From a virus, in IMG/VR virus record IMGVR_UViG_3300047472_000449: a stretch of DNA of 64,000 nt. One strand, 5' to 3'. Position 1 is the first letter of the stretch; the number at the start of each line of letters is the position of its first letter. Shown here piece after piece: positions 24,609-33,701 of this stretch. The position numbers and the translations under genes are program-made. The notes beneath the pieces were generated by a model. That model was not told the DNA's origin. It did no database searches and was given only the letters and a program-made list of their open reading frames with translations.

Positions 24609-25324
24609 TGCGTCGCCTGTGCGCGAGCCAGGGCATTGAGACAGTGAAGACAAGTCACGTCCTTGGGGTTGATCGTGGTTTTGCGCATGAAGCCGCAGAG
24701 CGCTCCGCTTAGGCCGTCTTTGGCGTACGTGGCCTTTACGTGACCCGGCATATCTTTCTCGGTGCTGATCTCGAAAAGGTGAACCTTGGTTGCACGCTTG
24801 CGAGGCTTTTGGGCTTCAGGCTTTTTGACTTCTGGCTTTTTCGGCGGTGTGTAGATGAAATCGAAGCGGAAGATCTCGAAACCACTGGAGTGGTTGCAGC
24901 AATCGACGATCTTGACCAGCTCCAGATTTTCATCCCGGAAGTACGCTGCCAGAAACTTTTCGATCAGGTGCGGTCTGCCGTGACGCATGCCGCCCGATCC
25001 GATAGGCAGTTGCTCATTGAAGCAGGCGTCGAAGTGATCGCGATCCCAGCCGCCCATGCGATCTGAATAGGCTGTGTGGAATTGCTTGCCCTCCTCCAGC
25101 TTAATGGAGAATGGCTTGGTTTGGCCCCGGTACTTACCGTTGATCCAGCGCACGTAGTCGCTGAAGCTGTAGGGGTAATCGCGCTTGGTGCGCTCAATCT
25201 TGTTGCCCTCAACATCGCGATGTTCAGAGCCAAACCGGCTGCTAAAACCACCGTCATCACCGCCGAAGAAGATATCTCCGTCCACACCAATGTCATTGCC
25301 ATAGTAAATTCGATGGTTGTTCAT
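24605..25324 (-). CDS. hypothetical protein (239 aa) with C-terminal CxxC motif
   Basis: Promoter 25357-25395. Confidence 0.75.
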   Translation of the reverse strand: MNNHRIYYGNDIGVDGDIFFGGDDGGFSSRFGSEHRDVEGNKIERTKRDYPYSFSDYVRWINGKYRGQTKPFSIKLEEGKQFHTAYSDRMGGWDRDHFDACFNEQLPIGSGGMRHGRPHLIEKFLAAYFRDENLELVKIVDCCNHSSGFEIFRFDFIYTPPKKPEVKKPEAQKPRKRATKVHLFEISTEKDMPGHVKATYAKDGLSGALCGFMRKTTINPKDVTCLHCLNALARAQATQ

Positions 25325-25356
25325 GCTTGGTGTCCGAACTTGAAGAATAGGACTAA

Positions 25357-25395
25357 ATTATAGGCAGGAGTTACGCAAATGTCAACCATAATGAC
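25357..25395 (-). promoter_or_regulatory. sigma70 promoter + operator
   Basis: TTGACA-17-TATAAT; GTCAACCATAATGAC 25381-25395. Confidence 0.85.
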
Positions 25396-25428
25396 AGCCT
25401 GTTTGTGCTGACTTTATTGTTTTTTACA

Positions 25429-25457
25429 TTGACATTTCTGTGATTCTTGGTTAAAAT
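25429..25457 (+). promoter_or_regulatory. divergent sigma70 promoter
   Basis: TTGACA-17-TAAAAT. Confidence 0.7.
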
Positions 25458-25500
25458 AATCCCATCAAAACGATTGATCCGAATCACTGGGGATGAACAG

Positions 25501-25938
25501 ATGACCACTCAAGCCGAACTGAACTTTGCTCTTCAATCCTCGGAGCATGGCTTCGATGATTACGATGTGGTCGGTCACACCACCCTGCGCCGTGTGTGCG
25601 TGCCGCAAGGCATTCGTAAGGGCGATATCTTCAACGTCTATTTCGGCATCAGCAGCAAGGGTGGCGCTAAGTGGCTGGGCAGCCTGGAAGCGTCGTTGAA
25701 CGCCTGGATTGCTGAAAACATAGGCACCGTGGGTGGCCACTACGTCCTCAACGAGCACACCCTCTGCTACTCCCAAGTTGGGACGAGCTTCTACGGTGTG
25801 TTGGCAGGCAAGCCTCAGCGTGGTGGCCACGACTGGAAAAACGGCCCTATCTCCGTGGTCAGCACTGACACGCTGCGCCCGGCTACCCTGGCTGACTTCG
25901 ATTTCTACCGCGTGTGCCCTAAAGGCCACATTGCCTAA
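25501..25938 (+). CDS. hypothetical protein (145 aa)
   Basis: Promoter 25429-25457; GGGG RBS. Confidence 0.75.
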   Translation: MTTQAELNFALQSSEHGFDDYDVVGHTTLRRVCVPQGIRKGDIFNVYFGISSKGGAKWLGSLEASLNAWIAENIGTVGGHYVLNEHTLCYSQVGTSFYGVLAGKPQRGGHDWKNGPISVVSTDTLRPATLADFDFYRVCPKGHIA

Positions 25939-26015
25939 GCGGCCATTGGCCCCGGTTCGACGGGGCCTTGGCCAAAAATACCTCAACCTTCCGCTAAACA
26001 GAAAAGGATCTCGCT

Positions 26016-26237
26016 GTGCCAAAAGTCAATGGAACCAGAAAACAGCGTGCGAAGGAACTACTTGCCACGGCAACCCGTGGTCCGTCGATTAGTCTTACGT
26101 TTGTTGCTGCTGGCCTGTCGGACGAGCAGAAAAAGGTACTGGAGGCCGAGATAGCAGAAGGTTATCGCCTTTGGTCTCAAACTTGGCTGCTGCCTGAACT
26201 GAAGCGTCTGGTGCCCGAGTTGCGCGAAGACAAGTAG
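26016..26237 (+). CDS. hypothetical protein (73 aa)
   Basis: AAGGA RBS, GTG start. Confidence 0.65.
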   Translation: MPKVNGTRKQRAKELLATATRGPSISLTFVAAGLSDEQKKVLEAEIAEGYRLWSQTWLLPELKRLVPELREDK

Positions 26238-26250
26238 TCGAGGAGATCCG

Positions 26251-26517
26251 GTGAACAGATTTCGCAGTAAGCCGCTTCGCGATCAATATGCAGCGATGAT
26301 CGCTGCCTACCGCAGCCGTCATAACGGCCTGTTCACCGATGCTGGCGAGCCTCACCGTGCGAGTGGACTTGCACTGGCGTTCTGGAACGGATTTAACGGC
26401 GTTTCGATGGGGACAGGCTTCAGCACCAGGGCTGAGCGTAGTTCGCCTGCCTATGCTTGCTGGAGAGCTGGGCAAGACTGCAAAAAATCAATCAGCGTGG
26501 CTCAGGCTACGAGTTAG
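26251..26517 (+). CDS. hypothetical protein (88 aa)
   Basis: GAGGAG RBS, GTG start. Confidence 0.7.
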   Translation: MNRFRSKPLRDQYAAMIAAYRSRHNGLFTDAGEPHRASGLALAFWNGFNGVSMGTGFSTRAERSSPAYACWRAGQDCKKSISVAQATS

Positions 26518-26542
26518 AAAAATTGCCCTGGAGGGCCTGACG

Positions 26543-26794
26543 ATGCATCAACCCATGCAAGGCGCACACGCGCAACGACCATCTGAGAACGTCAAGCCTG
26601 ATCGTGGTTGGCATCTGCGCATGGCTCGAAGTGTGAGCAAGGCCCATTACTTTGTTGATGGCCGTTCGTTGTGCGGTCGTCAGGTGATCGGCAGCAATGT
26701 AAGGCTCGATGATTCCATGCACCACAACACCCACAACTGCGAAGTGTGCATGAAGCGTCGAGACAAACTGTTTGGCGCCAGCGAGTCGCTTTAA
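26543..26794 (+). CDS. hypothetical protein (83 aa), His/Cys motif (KAHYF..SLCG..C..C)
   Basis: GGAGG RBS. Confidence 0.65.
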   Translation: MHQPMQGAHAQRPSENVKPDRGWHLRMARSVSKAHYFVDGRSLCGRQVIGSNVRLDDSMHHNTHNCEVCMKRRDKLFGASESL

Positions 26795-26861
26795 ACAAGC
26801 GAGCCGATTTGGGATAATCGCTGCCGAATTCGGCACACGGTAAACGAAAGGTAAGAGAGCG

Positions 26862-27065
26862 ATGGCCGAGCAAAACGATTTTCCAGGGAAAAGCAAAGCA
26901 TGGCTCAAAGGCCGTGGGGATGCGATTGTCCATGGTGACGACGTTTGGGACATGGCCAACCCACCCTACTTTGTGGGCTCGCAGGAGGCTTTCGATTGGC
27001 ATTCTGGGGCTGAGGCTGGGCTTGACGAACTCGATGCTGAGCAACGCGCTGAGGGCGCCGAGTAA
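26862..27065 (+). CDS. small acidic hypothetical protein (67 aa)
   Basis: Followed by terminator 27103-27130. Confidence 0.65.
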   Translation: MAEQNDFPGKSKAWLKGRGDAIVHGDDVWDMANPPYFVGSQEAFDWHSGAEAGLDELDAEQRAEGAE

Positions 27066-27102
27066 CGTGACCGGTGCTCTGTCGTGCAGTGCGCATAAAA
27101 AC

Positions 27103-27130
27103 AAAAGCCCTGATCAGTCAGGGCTTTTTT
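27103..27130. terminator. bidirectional terminator between convergent genes
   Basis: AAAAGCCCTGA-TCAG-TCAGGGCTTTTTT. Confidence 0.8.
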
Positions 27131-27152
27131 GTGGCGTTTGGAAAGATGGTGA

Positions 27153-27527
27153 TCAGCAGTAATAGCGCTCGTTGGTCGGCACCACTTCCTGCTCGAAATG
27201 CGCCACCATTTTCTGATAGTACTCCGCACGGTGACGTGCTTCTTTCAGAATGTCGGCTCGCATTTTCTCGGTAGCGGCAGGAATGTCTTTCTCAAGGCAG
27301 GCCATTGCGCGGCTGAGGTTTTCGCCTGTCGAGTTGCGGGCCATGGAGACCATCAAGGTATTGGCGTTGGTCTTGAAACCACCACGGTACGTGTACACGC
27401 CGTTTTCCAGCTTCGCCTCGATACGTTCGATGCTGAGTACTGGCCCTGGCTCACCGCGCTTTGCTTCGACCAGCAAAAGCTCAAAGTAAACGTCAGGGTA
27501 CTGTGGGTTGATGGTAATAAGACTCAT
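27153..27527 (-). CDS. hypothetical protein (124 aa), paralogue of 58359-58805
   Basis: Shared I.P.(Y/F)PD.Y..LLL..AKL..GVY..R..ACLE.DIP.ATE..R.DILKEA. Confidence 0.75.
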   Translation of the reverse strand: MSLITINPQYPDVYFELLLVEAKRGEPGPVLSIERIEAKLENGVYTYRGGFKTNANTLMVSMARNSTGENLSRAMACLEKDIPAATEKMRADILKEARHRAEYYQKMVAHFEQEVVPTNERYYC

Positions 27528-27562
27528 GAGGCAATCCTTGACTATTTCTTGAAATTATATAC

Positions 27563-27590
27563 AAAAGCCCACCGCTGAGGGTGGGCCTTT
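27563..27590. terminator. intrinsic terminator
   Basis: AAAAGCCCACC-GCTGA-GGGTGGGC. Confidence 0.7.
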
Positions 27591-27601
27591 GAGATCTTGG
27601 C

Positions 27602-27982
27602 TTAGCGGAACTCTTCGGCCTTGCGCTCTTGATCTTTGAAGTACCCGGTGACATCGAGTTCTTGATAGGCGTCCGAGCCGTAGCGTGGGTGATCTTCGCG
27701 CCAGTGCGCAAAATCAATCACACCACCCGCCTCCAGGTGAGTACGTACTGTGGCAGCAAGCTTTTCGGCTTTTCCGCTTGCTTCCTCGCGGTTGTCCGGG
27801 AAGTAGGTAAGACCTTCTTCTTCGTCATATTTCACTTCAGAGCCGTCAAAGGAGGCCGCATGAATCCATCGGCGACCATCAGCAGCCTCAAGCTGAACAA
27901 AATAGCGTTCAGAAATGGCGTCCGCGCCATCTTCTGTGATGCCGACTTTGTAAAGATCAGAAACGGCAGCGACTTCGTACAT
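27602..27982 (-). CDS. acidic hypothetical protein (126 aa)
   Basis: Promoter 28015-28043; terminator 27563-27590. Confidence 0.75.
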   Translation of the reverse strand: MYEVAAVSDLYKVGITEDGADAISERYFVQLEAADGRRWIHAASFDGSEVKYDEEEGLTYFPDNREEASGKAEKLAATVRTHLEAGGVIDFAHWREDHPRYGSDAYQELDVTGYFKDQERKAEEFR

Positions 27983-28014
27983 GGCTTTGAATCTCTGTTC
28001 TGTCTGAGGTGTTC

Positions 28015-28043
28015 AGTATACCCAGGCTCGCAACAGATGTCAA
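28015..28043 (-). promoter_or_regulatory. sigma70 promoter, no clear second half-site
   Basis: TTGACA-17-TATACT. Confidence 0.75.
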
Positions 28044-28125
28044 TCACACAAACACAAAATGACGGCAGGGCCGTCTCTTTGTGCGTCAGTCATCCAGTGT
28101 GGTTAAGCCAGACAGTGCTGTCTGC

Positions 28126-28725
28126 TTACTGCCCCATTTCCAGCGGGCGGGTCAGGTCTTCAACCATTATCTCCCTGTCTGCGTCATTGCTGATCAGTGT
28201 GTAACGAGGGTACTTATGATTGGTTCCGACCGCGATGGCATCATGCATTAGATAGCCCAGGACAACGTTCATTTGGGCGGTATCGGTGGCATCAAAACCA
28301 GTTTCCTCAATCAATTTACCTACCGCTGGGTTAATCTTGTCGCCTACGATCTGGAAAATCGGGTAGTACTTTCGACCCTTGTAGGTATAAGCTAGGATCT
28401 TGCCAGCAGCCGCCTTCTTGCTCAACGCCTGCTTGGTGATGCCGAGCAGATTGCAAACGGTTTTGGCATCAAAAACAGTGTAGTTATCCCTGATGCGACC
28501 GAACTGCTGCTCTCTGCTTTTGGCGAAAGCTATTGCATTGCGCTCTTGAATACTCGGCATTTTGACGGGATTGAATAGCGTGATCAGTTGAGCAAATTTT
28601 TGCGGCTCAAAATCTTCCATGGCCTTACGCACGACGGCAAGGGGCAGTGTTTCAAGCACCTCTTCCATGCGTGCGGCAAGCTGGGTAGCCACTTCTTTTT
28701 TTGGGTTGTTGAGGATTATTGTCAT
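28126..28725 (-). CDS. winged-HTH DNA-binding protein (excisionase/HTH_17- or Xre-antitoxin-like, 199 aa)
   Basis: KTVCNLLGITKQALSKKAAAGKILAYTYKGRKYYPIFQ. Confidence 0.7.
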   Translation of the reverse strand: MTIILNNPKKEVATQLAARMEEVLETLPLAVVRKAMEDFEPQKFAQLITLFNPVKMPSIQERNAIAFAKSREQQFGRIRDNYTVFDAKTVCNLLGITKQALSKKAAAGKILAYTYKGRKYYPIFQIVGDKINPAVGKLIEETGFDATDTAQMNVVLGYLMHDAIAVGTNHKYPRYTLISNDADREIMVEDLTRPLEMGQ

Positions 28726-28785
28726 GGTGGCCACTCTGGCGGTGTTTTGTAGCAATGGATCAATAGTACTCTACCGCCGAGATCG

Positions 28786-28817
28786 TGTCAACCTGTCAAC
28801 CTGTCAACTTGTCAACC
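28786..28817. repeat. four tandem 8-bp repeats TGTCAAC(C/T); the first is the -35 of the 28126-28725 promoter
   Basis: TGTCAACC TGTCAACC TGTCAACT TGTCAACC; TTGACA-17-TACTAT on the minus strand. Confidence 0.85.
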
Positions 28818-28834
28818 AAATGTTGTTTCAGTGT

Positions 28835-29290
28835 TTAAGCGCTCGCCTCATGTCCCGTTTGGCCCATTTTACAGATGCGCTTGCAGGCCAGATAGCAACC
28901 TACCGGAATCGAGATGGCCAGAAACAAAAGCGCGAAAGCTGACGTGCCGTGCTCAAATATCTTGCGCGTGCTGCCTAGTCGATGCTCTTGCTGAAGCATG
29001 TACCCTGGCCAAATGGACTCCCCTGCTGTGTCAATCGGCAGGTTTAGAAGCTCGATCTTTGCCATTCCCAGCGTCATAATGAGTGCATGAAGCAAAGAAA
29101 AAAGCACCCCCATGCCGAGTCCCAACGCAAGCCCCATAAGGACGCTTATAGCCATATGGCGAGCACCACCGTTGCGCAAATAGCTGGACAGTGACTCAGA
29201 AATGGTTTTCATGCCTTTTGTGAATGATGCTGTGCTGCAATGAGTATTCATTTGATCACCATGCGTATACGTGAAAGTGCTATTTGCCAT
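28835..29290 (-). CDS. putative membrane protein (~151 aa)
   Basis: Two hydrophobic helices; start uncertain. Confidence 0.55.
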   Translation of the reverse strand: MANSTFTYTHGDQMNTHCSTASFTKGMKTISESLSSYLRNGGARHMAISVLMGLALGLGMGVLFSLLHALIMTLGMAKIELLNLPIDTAGESIWPGYMLQQEHRLGSTRKIFEHGTSAFALLFLAISIPVGCYLACKRICKMGQTGHEASA

Positions 29291-29414
29291 CTTAACGATG
29301 GTTTATATAATAATCAATGAATAGGTAGCCACCAATCGTCCGGACTCATTGTGTCTTGTTTTCCAGATGCAAAAAAGGCGCTCTTGGCGCCTCATTTCTT
29401 GTTGGCTTGGAATA

Positions 29415-29885
29415 TCATACCTTGGCGTGCCGGGCCTCGATGGCTTTCTCAAATGCCTCAAACGCCTCTTTGCGGGAGGTGAGGCCTTTATCAATCATCT
29501 CGATGTCGGCATTGAAGATGACGAACCACTCGCCGTTGCAGTTGGCGTCAATGATGCCGCCGAGGAACGGGTCTGGATTGGTGGCAAGATTGGTGCCTGG
29601 GCTTGTCCAGCCATACGGGATAACGAAACTGTCATCGGCCACCACGGCGCTCAGCGCGGCATCGAAAGGCAGCTTCAGTTCCTCGATCAGATGAACAGCT
29701 TCCATGAAGATATATTCCTCCTCGCAGCTGCACTCGAACTCGATGTAATCCTTGTATTCCATGTGCTCGACGCCTTCTGCCAAGTTGCGATTGACTTGGA
29801 ACAGGGCGTCCGCGCTGACGCTGCGCGCAGCTTTTTTGATCGCTTTGATCTTCTGTGCCCAGGTCGGCTCTAGGGTGAATGCCAT
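29415..29885 (-). CDS. acidic hypothetical protein (156 aa)
   Basis: Promoter 29930-29973. Confidence 0.75.
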   Translation of the reverse strand: MAFTLEPTWAQKIKAIKKAARSVSADALFQVNRNLAEGVEHMEYKDYIEFECSCEEEYIFMEAVHLIEELKLPFDAALSAVVADDSFVIPYGWTSPGTNLATNPDPFLGGIIDANCNGEWFVIFNADIEMIDKGLTSRKEAFEAFEKAIEARHAKV

Positions 29886-29929
29886 GGTCAGTGATTCCTG
29901 TCGAGAGAGCGTATTTGCGCGATGAAGTT

Positions 29930-29973
29930 ATTATAGCCAGCACGCCCACCACTGTCAATACAATTGACAGTGG
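29930..29973 (-). promoter_or_regulatory. sigma70 promoter + extended operator palindrome
   Basis: TTGACA-17-TATAAT; CCACTGTCAATACAATTGACAGTGG 29949-29973. Confidence 0.85.
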
Positions 29974-30008
29974 TGTAGGACGAAACGGCATCTCGACCTT
30001 CGGTTACT

Positions 30009-30320
30009 TCACGAAGATGTCACGCCTGCCGCCTTGCAAGCTTTTTCCCAGCAACGCTGTGACATGGCACTTTTCCCAGGGTGAAGGCTTTCGGTTGTCC
30101 ATTCGCCGCTTTGGGTGTCCATTGTGGCCTCAGTGCTCAGCCATGCTGGTACGCCTGAGGAGCAGGATGGATGGATAAAACCGCCCTGCTTGATCAGATC
30201 GACTGTTTCACTGAGGGTGTGCGTCCTGTCCTGCCAGCGATAACCTCGCTCAGCGGCATCGCCCGAGGCGGCGCTTTCTTCAGTCACGATCTCATAAGTT
30301 TTGGACAGTAGTAGCGGCAC
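30009..30320 (-). CDS. conserved plasmid/phage-type hypothetical protein (103 aa)
   Basis: KTYEIVTEESA..GDAAERG motif; AGGA RBS. Confidence 0.7.
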   Translation of the reverse strand: MPLLLSKTYEIVTEESAASGDAAERGYRWQDRTHTLSETVDLIKQGGFIHPSCSSGVPAWLSTEATMDTQSGEWTTESLHPGKSAMSQRCWEKACKAAGVTSS

Positions 30321-30374
30321 AGTCGAATTCCTTGGGTTTAGGGGCGGAGCGCCCTGTCCTGTCGTGTTGAGCTG

Positions 30375-30620
30375 TTACTTGAGAGCCATCAGCTTGGCCA
30401 ACAGATCTTCGTGGTAGCTGGCCATGGTGATTTTTTCGGCTTCGCGACCGGGAATGGTGGCCTTAACGCCGTCTGTAAGCGTAAACGGTGCAGTGAAAAA
30501 CTCAACGCGAGCCGCCACACACATTTCCCGTTCAGCGATTGCCGCAGCCAGATCAGTGACTTCAAGAGTATTGCCAAACAGATCAGTGACGCTCAATTGC
30601 GGTTGGTTGCTGGTGGTCAT
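30375..30620 (-). CDS. hypothetical protein (81 aa)
   Basis: AGGA RBS. Confidence 0.7.
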   Translation of the reverse strand: MTTSNQPQLSVTDLFGNTLEVTDLAAAIAEREMCVAARVEFFTAPFTLTDGVKATIPGREAEKITMASYHEDLLAKLMALK

Positions 30621-30680
30621 CGCTTTTTCCTTTAACGGGTCATCCAGGACTGGAGAATATACACGGAAATCAAAAAATTC

Positions 30681-30824
30681 TTAGATCCGGTCAGCTGGCT
30701 TCTTGTGGCTTTGAGCCTTGCGGGCGCTGTTCTGGGAGAGCTGGGCAATGCATGCAAAACATGGTTTCTGATACGGCGAATAGCCAGGATTACGGCAGAT
30801 GTGCAGCTCAGCTTCGTTTTTCAT
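30681..30824 (-). CDS. small protein (47 aa, MKNEAELHICRNPGYSPYQKPCFAC...)
   Basis: Manual translation; RBS present. Confidence 0.45.
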   Translation of the reverse strand: MKNEAELHICRNPGYSPYQKPCFACIAQLSQNSARKAQSHKKPADRI

Positions 30825-30854
30825 TACCTGTTTCCCTGTAGCGCAGGTGGTGTT

Positions 30855-31022
30855 TTAGTTGCCGTGCTCAGCAATCATCATCGCCTTGAAATCCTCGGCC
30901 TCTTTTTTGGAGGCAAAGTGATAAATCACGGCATCTTCGTTTGGATCAGAGGCGGTGTCCTCGACAATCCAGGGCTTTTTGCGGCTGTGGTTTTTGCGCA
31001 GATCGAAGCGTTCAGTTGCCAT
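30855..31022 (-). CDS. small protein (55 aa, MATERFDLRKNHSRKKPWIVED...)
   Basis: Manual translation; AAGGA RBS. Confidence 0.6.
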   Translation of the reverse strand: MATERFDLRKNHSRKKPWIVEDTASDPNEDAVIYHFASKKEAEDFKAMMIAEHGN

Positions 31023-31058
31023 GGCAAGATCCTTGTTTGGAGGGTGTGTGGAGCTGAA

Positions 31059-31460
31059 TTAGACGCTGATGCCACGGGCCTTGAGGCTGTCCAGTGTCGG
31101 ATGGTAGTCGGCCTGAAAGATCTCGCCGCCGTCGCTTTCGATCACGTTCACGTGGCCTGCCTCGACATTGATCATCAGGTCGTAGGAGAAGCGTTCGCCG
31201 GGGTTATTGATCTCACGCACCTTGCCGTTCCAGTCCACGAAATAGCCTTGGCCCTGATAGGCGCCAGCAGCACGGCATTTGTTCCAGTCGTCGGCGGTCA
31301 GTACGAAATTGCGCGTCGGTGTCCAGTTCGGACTGCGCAACAGAGTGATCACTTGGGCGGCGGCTTCCGAGGTGCTGAACGGGCCGAAGTTTTCACTGTC
31401 ACTGATGACGGAGGTGCCTTGAACGGACAAATTGCTGAAGCTGCGAAATGCATGGTTCAT
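31059..31460 (-). CDS. hypothetical protein (133 aa)
   Basis: Promoter 31493-31531. Confidence 0.7.
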   Translation of the reverse strand: MNHAFRSFSNLSVQGTSVISDSENFGPFSTSEAAAQVITLLRSPNWTPTRNFVLTADDWNKCRAAGAYQGQGYFVDWNGKVREINNPGERFSYDLMINVEAGHVNVIESDGGEIFQADYHPTLDSLKARGISV

Positions 31461-31492
31461 GACGACAATTCCAATCAGTGACTTGAGGGTTC

Positions 31493-31531
31493 AGTATACC
31501 CATCAAGTCACCGACTGTCAATCACATTGTC
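31493..31531 (-). promoter_or_regulatory. sigma70 promoter + variant operator
   Basis: TTGACA-17-TATACT; GTCAATCACATTGTC. Confidence 0.75.
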
Positions 31532-31535
31532 AGAA

Positions 31536-32711
31536 TCAGAGCGTGAATTGCGTCTCGCTGTCAGGCTGAAAAACCATGCACACCCGATTATTGGCATGAA
31601 GCGTGCGGAACTCTAGTGTGCTCCGTTGCTTACCCAATTCATTAATGATCTCGGTTGTCAGATTGTTCAGACTGTCCGACGCCATGGTGAAGATGACCTT
31701 GTGCCCACGGTGCGCCAGCACCATGGCGGCAGCAAGCGCGTTCCGATCATAGTTATCGCCGATGACGATTACTTGACCATACCCCAAGGCCGGGTCACCA
31801 ATCTCTGGATCGGTCAGGTGCTCCAGTGTCTTCACCCAGGCATTGTCCGGGTAGGGTTTCGACACATGACCAACATGGGTCACCGTGATCAGGTCGGTTT
31901 TGTCGCGCTCAAACAGATCCTTGAGAATCAGGTTCATGATGTGCGTCTTGCCGCCCTGTGGCGGGCTGCTCAGCACGATCACGGCGCCAGCAGGATCATC
32001 GAGTTTCAACAGCCCACGGATGCGCTCCAAAAGCTCTGGGTGGCGTTTCTCAAGCAGTTTGAGGGCTGTGTCTTCGTTACTGTATGGAAAATCCAGCGCG
32101 GTCATGAGGTGGCCGCTGTCTGGCGCCGGTCGTTCTGGCTGGCCGTGGGCGTGGTAATTCACGTCATCTTCCGCCGCGATCAGCTCAAAGCCTTGCTCTT
32201 CGCTCAAGTAGATCCCGGCTTTCTCTGCCAGCGCCAGTAGCAGTCGCTCAGCACGCTCTTGCATGCGTTCCGCTTTGGCGGTGAGGGTGCCGGTGTCCGG
32301 CAGTTTCAGTCGCGAGCTGTTTTCCAAATGATTGACGCTCGCCATCCCCAGAATCGCCATCAGTCGAGTATCCAGATGATGTACCAACAAGCCAACATTG
32401 TCGCCTTCGCACTCAGTGAACTGGTGGGTGTCTTTTATTTGCCGAGCGATGCTGTGCGCCAATTTCACGGTGTAGCGGTGCCACTCATCTTCAGTGAGGA
32501 ATACAAACCCAGGAATCGGTGTTTGCATCGGGCGCGAATCCAGATGTTCCGCCACCAGATCCTTGGCAAAAGCCCAGTAATTGGAGACTTCTTTGCCAGT
32601 GTCCAGCGTGATGATGCGAAAACGCTTGATGAACATTTCGGCAACTTGCGCACCGTAGGTTTGCGGCAAGTCCTGCCACTCAGCATCGGTGAAAACTAGA
32701 CCTTTGTGCAT
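31536..32711 (-). CDS. two-domain protein: unknown N-terminal domain plus degenerate PilT/GspE-like P-loop ATPase domain (391 aa)
   Basis: VIVLSSPPQGGKT (Walker A-like); VIVIGD..D....AA....RGHKVIFTM resembles VILVGEIRD..A..TGHLVLSTLH. Confidence 0.7.
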   Translation of the reverse strand: MHKGLVFTDAEWQDLPQTYGAQVAEMFIKRFRIITLDTGKEVSNYWAFAKDLVAEHLDSRPMQTPIPGFVFLTEDEWHRYTVKLAHSIARQIKDTHQFTECEGDNVGLLVHHLDTRLMAILGMASVNHLENSSRLKLPDTGTLTAKAERMQERAERLLLALAEKAGIYLSEEQGFELIAAEDDVNYHAHGQPERPAPDSGHLMTALDFPYSNEDTALKLLEKRHPELLERIRGLLKLDDPAGAVIVLSSPPQGGKTHIMNLILKDLFERDKTDLITVTHVGHVSKPYPDNAWVKTLEHLTDPEIGDPALGYGQVIVIGDNYDRNALAAAMVLAHRGHKVIFTMASDSLNNLTTEIINELGKQRSTLEFRTLHANNRVCMVFQPDSETQFTL

Positions 32712-32814
32712 ATTCCATATCCCTATAGGTAAAGTGCCCGCATTCGCGAAGGGGCCAGCGGGTGTTTGGCTCTCAGGACGTTGAATGATCCACGAAAGCC
32801 GTTACAGTTGGTAG

Positions 32815-33237
32815 CTATTCAATCGGGTGCGGCTGGCCCGAGCTGTCACACAAGAAATGCTTGCTAGCCGTCATAAAGAGGTCGGAAAGCCGTTTGCGCA
32901 GATCATGAACAACCTCGCCTTTCTGCTCGCCCGTATGCTCAATGAACTGATACACAGTGCTGAGTTCGTTGGCGATCAGGTTGGCAAGGCCTCGCACATG
33001 CATGTTCCATAGAAATTCGGAGATAAAGACGAACCCGGAAACAGGGGGTTGACTCGGTTTCTTCATCAAATATTTTTCAACAAGATCACTGCCAAAGTCC
33101 CGGTAGTCTTCGACTTCAAGCCCTGTATCCACGACCAAGATGCGAAAATTGCGAAGAAAAGTTTCTCCAATGCAGCTGCCGAACGTTTGTGGCAACTCCA
33201 ACCATTCGGCGTCTGTAAACACTGGCCCGTAATGCAT
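32815..33237 (-). CDS. stand-alone copy of the N-terminal domain of 31536-32711 (140 aa)
   Basis: MH.G.VFTDAEW..LPQT.G...FRI...DTG.EV shared. Confidence 0.75.
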   Translation of the reverse strand: MHYGPVFTDAEWLELPQTFGSCIGETFLRNFRILVVDTGLEVEDYRDFGSDLVEKYLMKKPSQPPVSGFVFISEFLWNMHVRGLANLIANELSTVYQFIEHTGEQKGEVVHDLRKRLSDLFMTASKHFLCDSSGQPHPIE

Positions 33238-33291
33238 GGTTCGGTTTCCTCAATTTGATGCTGTATTTGATAGGGACGGCTGACAGCCTGA

Positions 33292-33669
33292 TTATGCAGA
33301 GAAAACAGCCTGATCCTGGGGTGTCCAGACGGCACCGCTACGGTCGGCAGTAACGTCGCCCAAAGCGAACGTTTCCGTTTCACGAAAAATTTTGATTGCC
33401 TGCTCGGCACTCAGGTTGAGAGGTGGCTGGCCGTAGAGCACCCGTGTTCCTTTGCAGTACAGCGATGCAATGCCGGATTCACGGTGAAAACTCAGCTGGC
33501 AGCCTTTCAGGGTGTGACCGCCAGAGGCTCTGGACATGACTTCAAACACCGTTCTGGCGCAGGCCTCGGGGTTGTCGAAATTGAAGCTTTTCGGCAACGG
33601 CACGCCTTCGGTTGCCACGACCTCACAGGACGACGACCCAAAATAAAGGTGGGCGCTTTGAAGGTTCAT
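33292..33669 (-). CDS. hypothetical protein (125 aa)
   Basis: Promoter 33702-33730. Confidence 0.7.
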   Translation of the reverse strand: MNLQSAHLYFGSSSCEVVATEGVPLPKSFNFDNPEACARTVFEVMSRASGGHTLKGCQLSFHRESGIASLYCKGTRVLYGQPPLNLSAEQAIKIFRETETFALGDVTADRSGAVWTPQDQAVFSA

Positions 33670-33701
33670 GGCGTCGCTCTCAATGCATTGATTTGACCTC
33701 T

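Noticed and set aside
28126-28725. Complete Xre/RES toxin-antitoxin module
   Set aside because: No RES-domain ORF flanks it.
28786-28817. TGTCAACC x4 as replication iterons/oriV
   Set aside because: Units are 8 bp (iterons are usually 17-22 bp), overlap a promoter -35, and have no rep gene, DnaA boxes or AT-rich unwinding element nearby.
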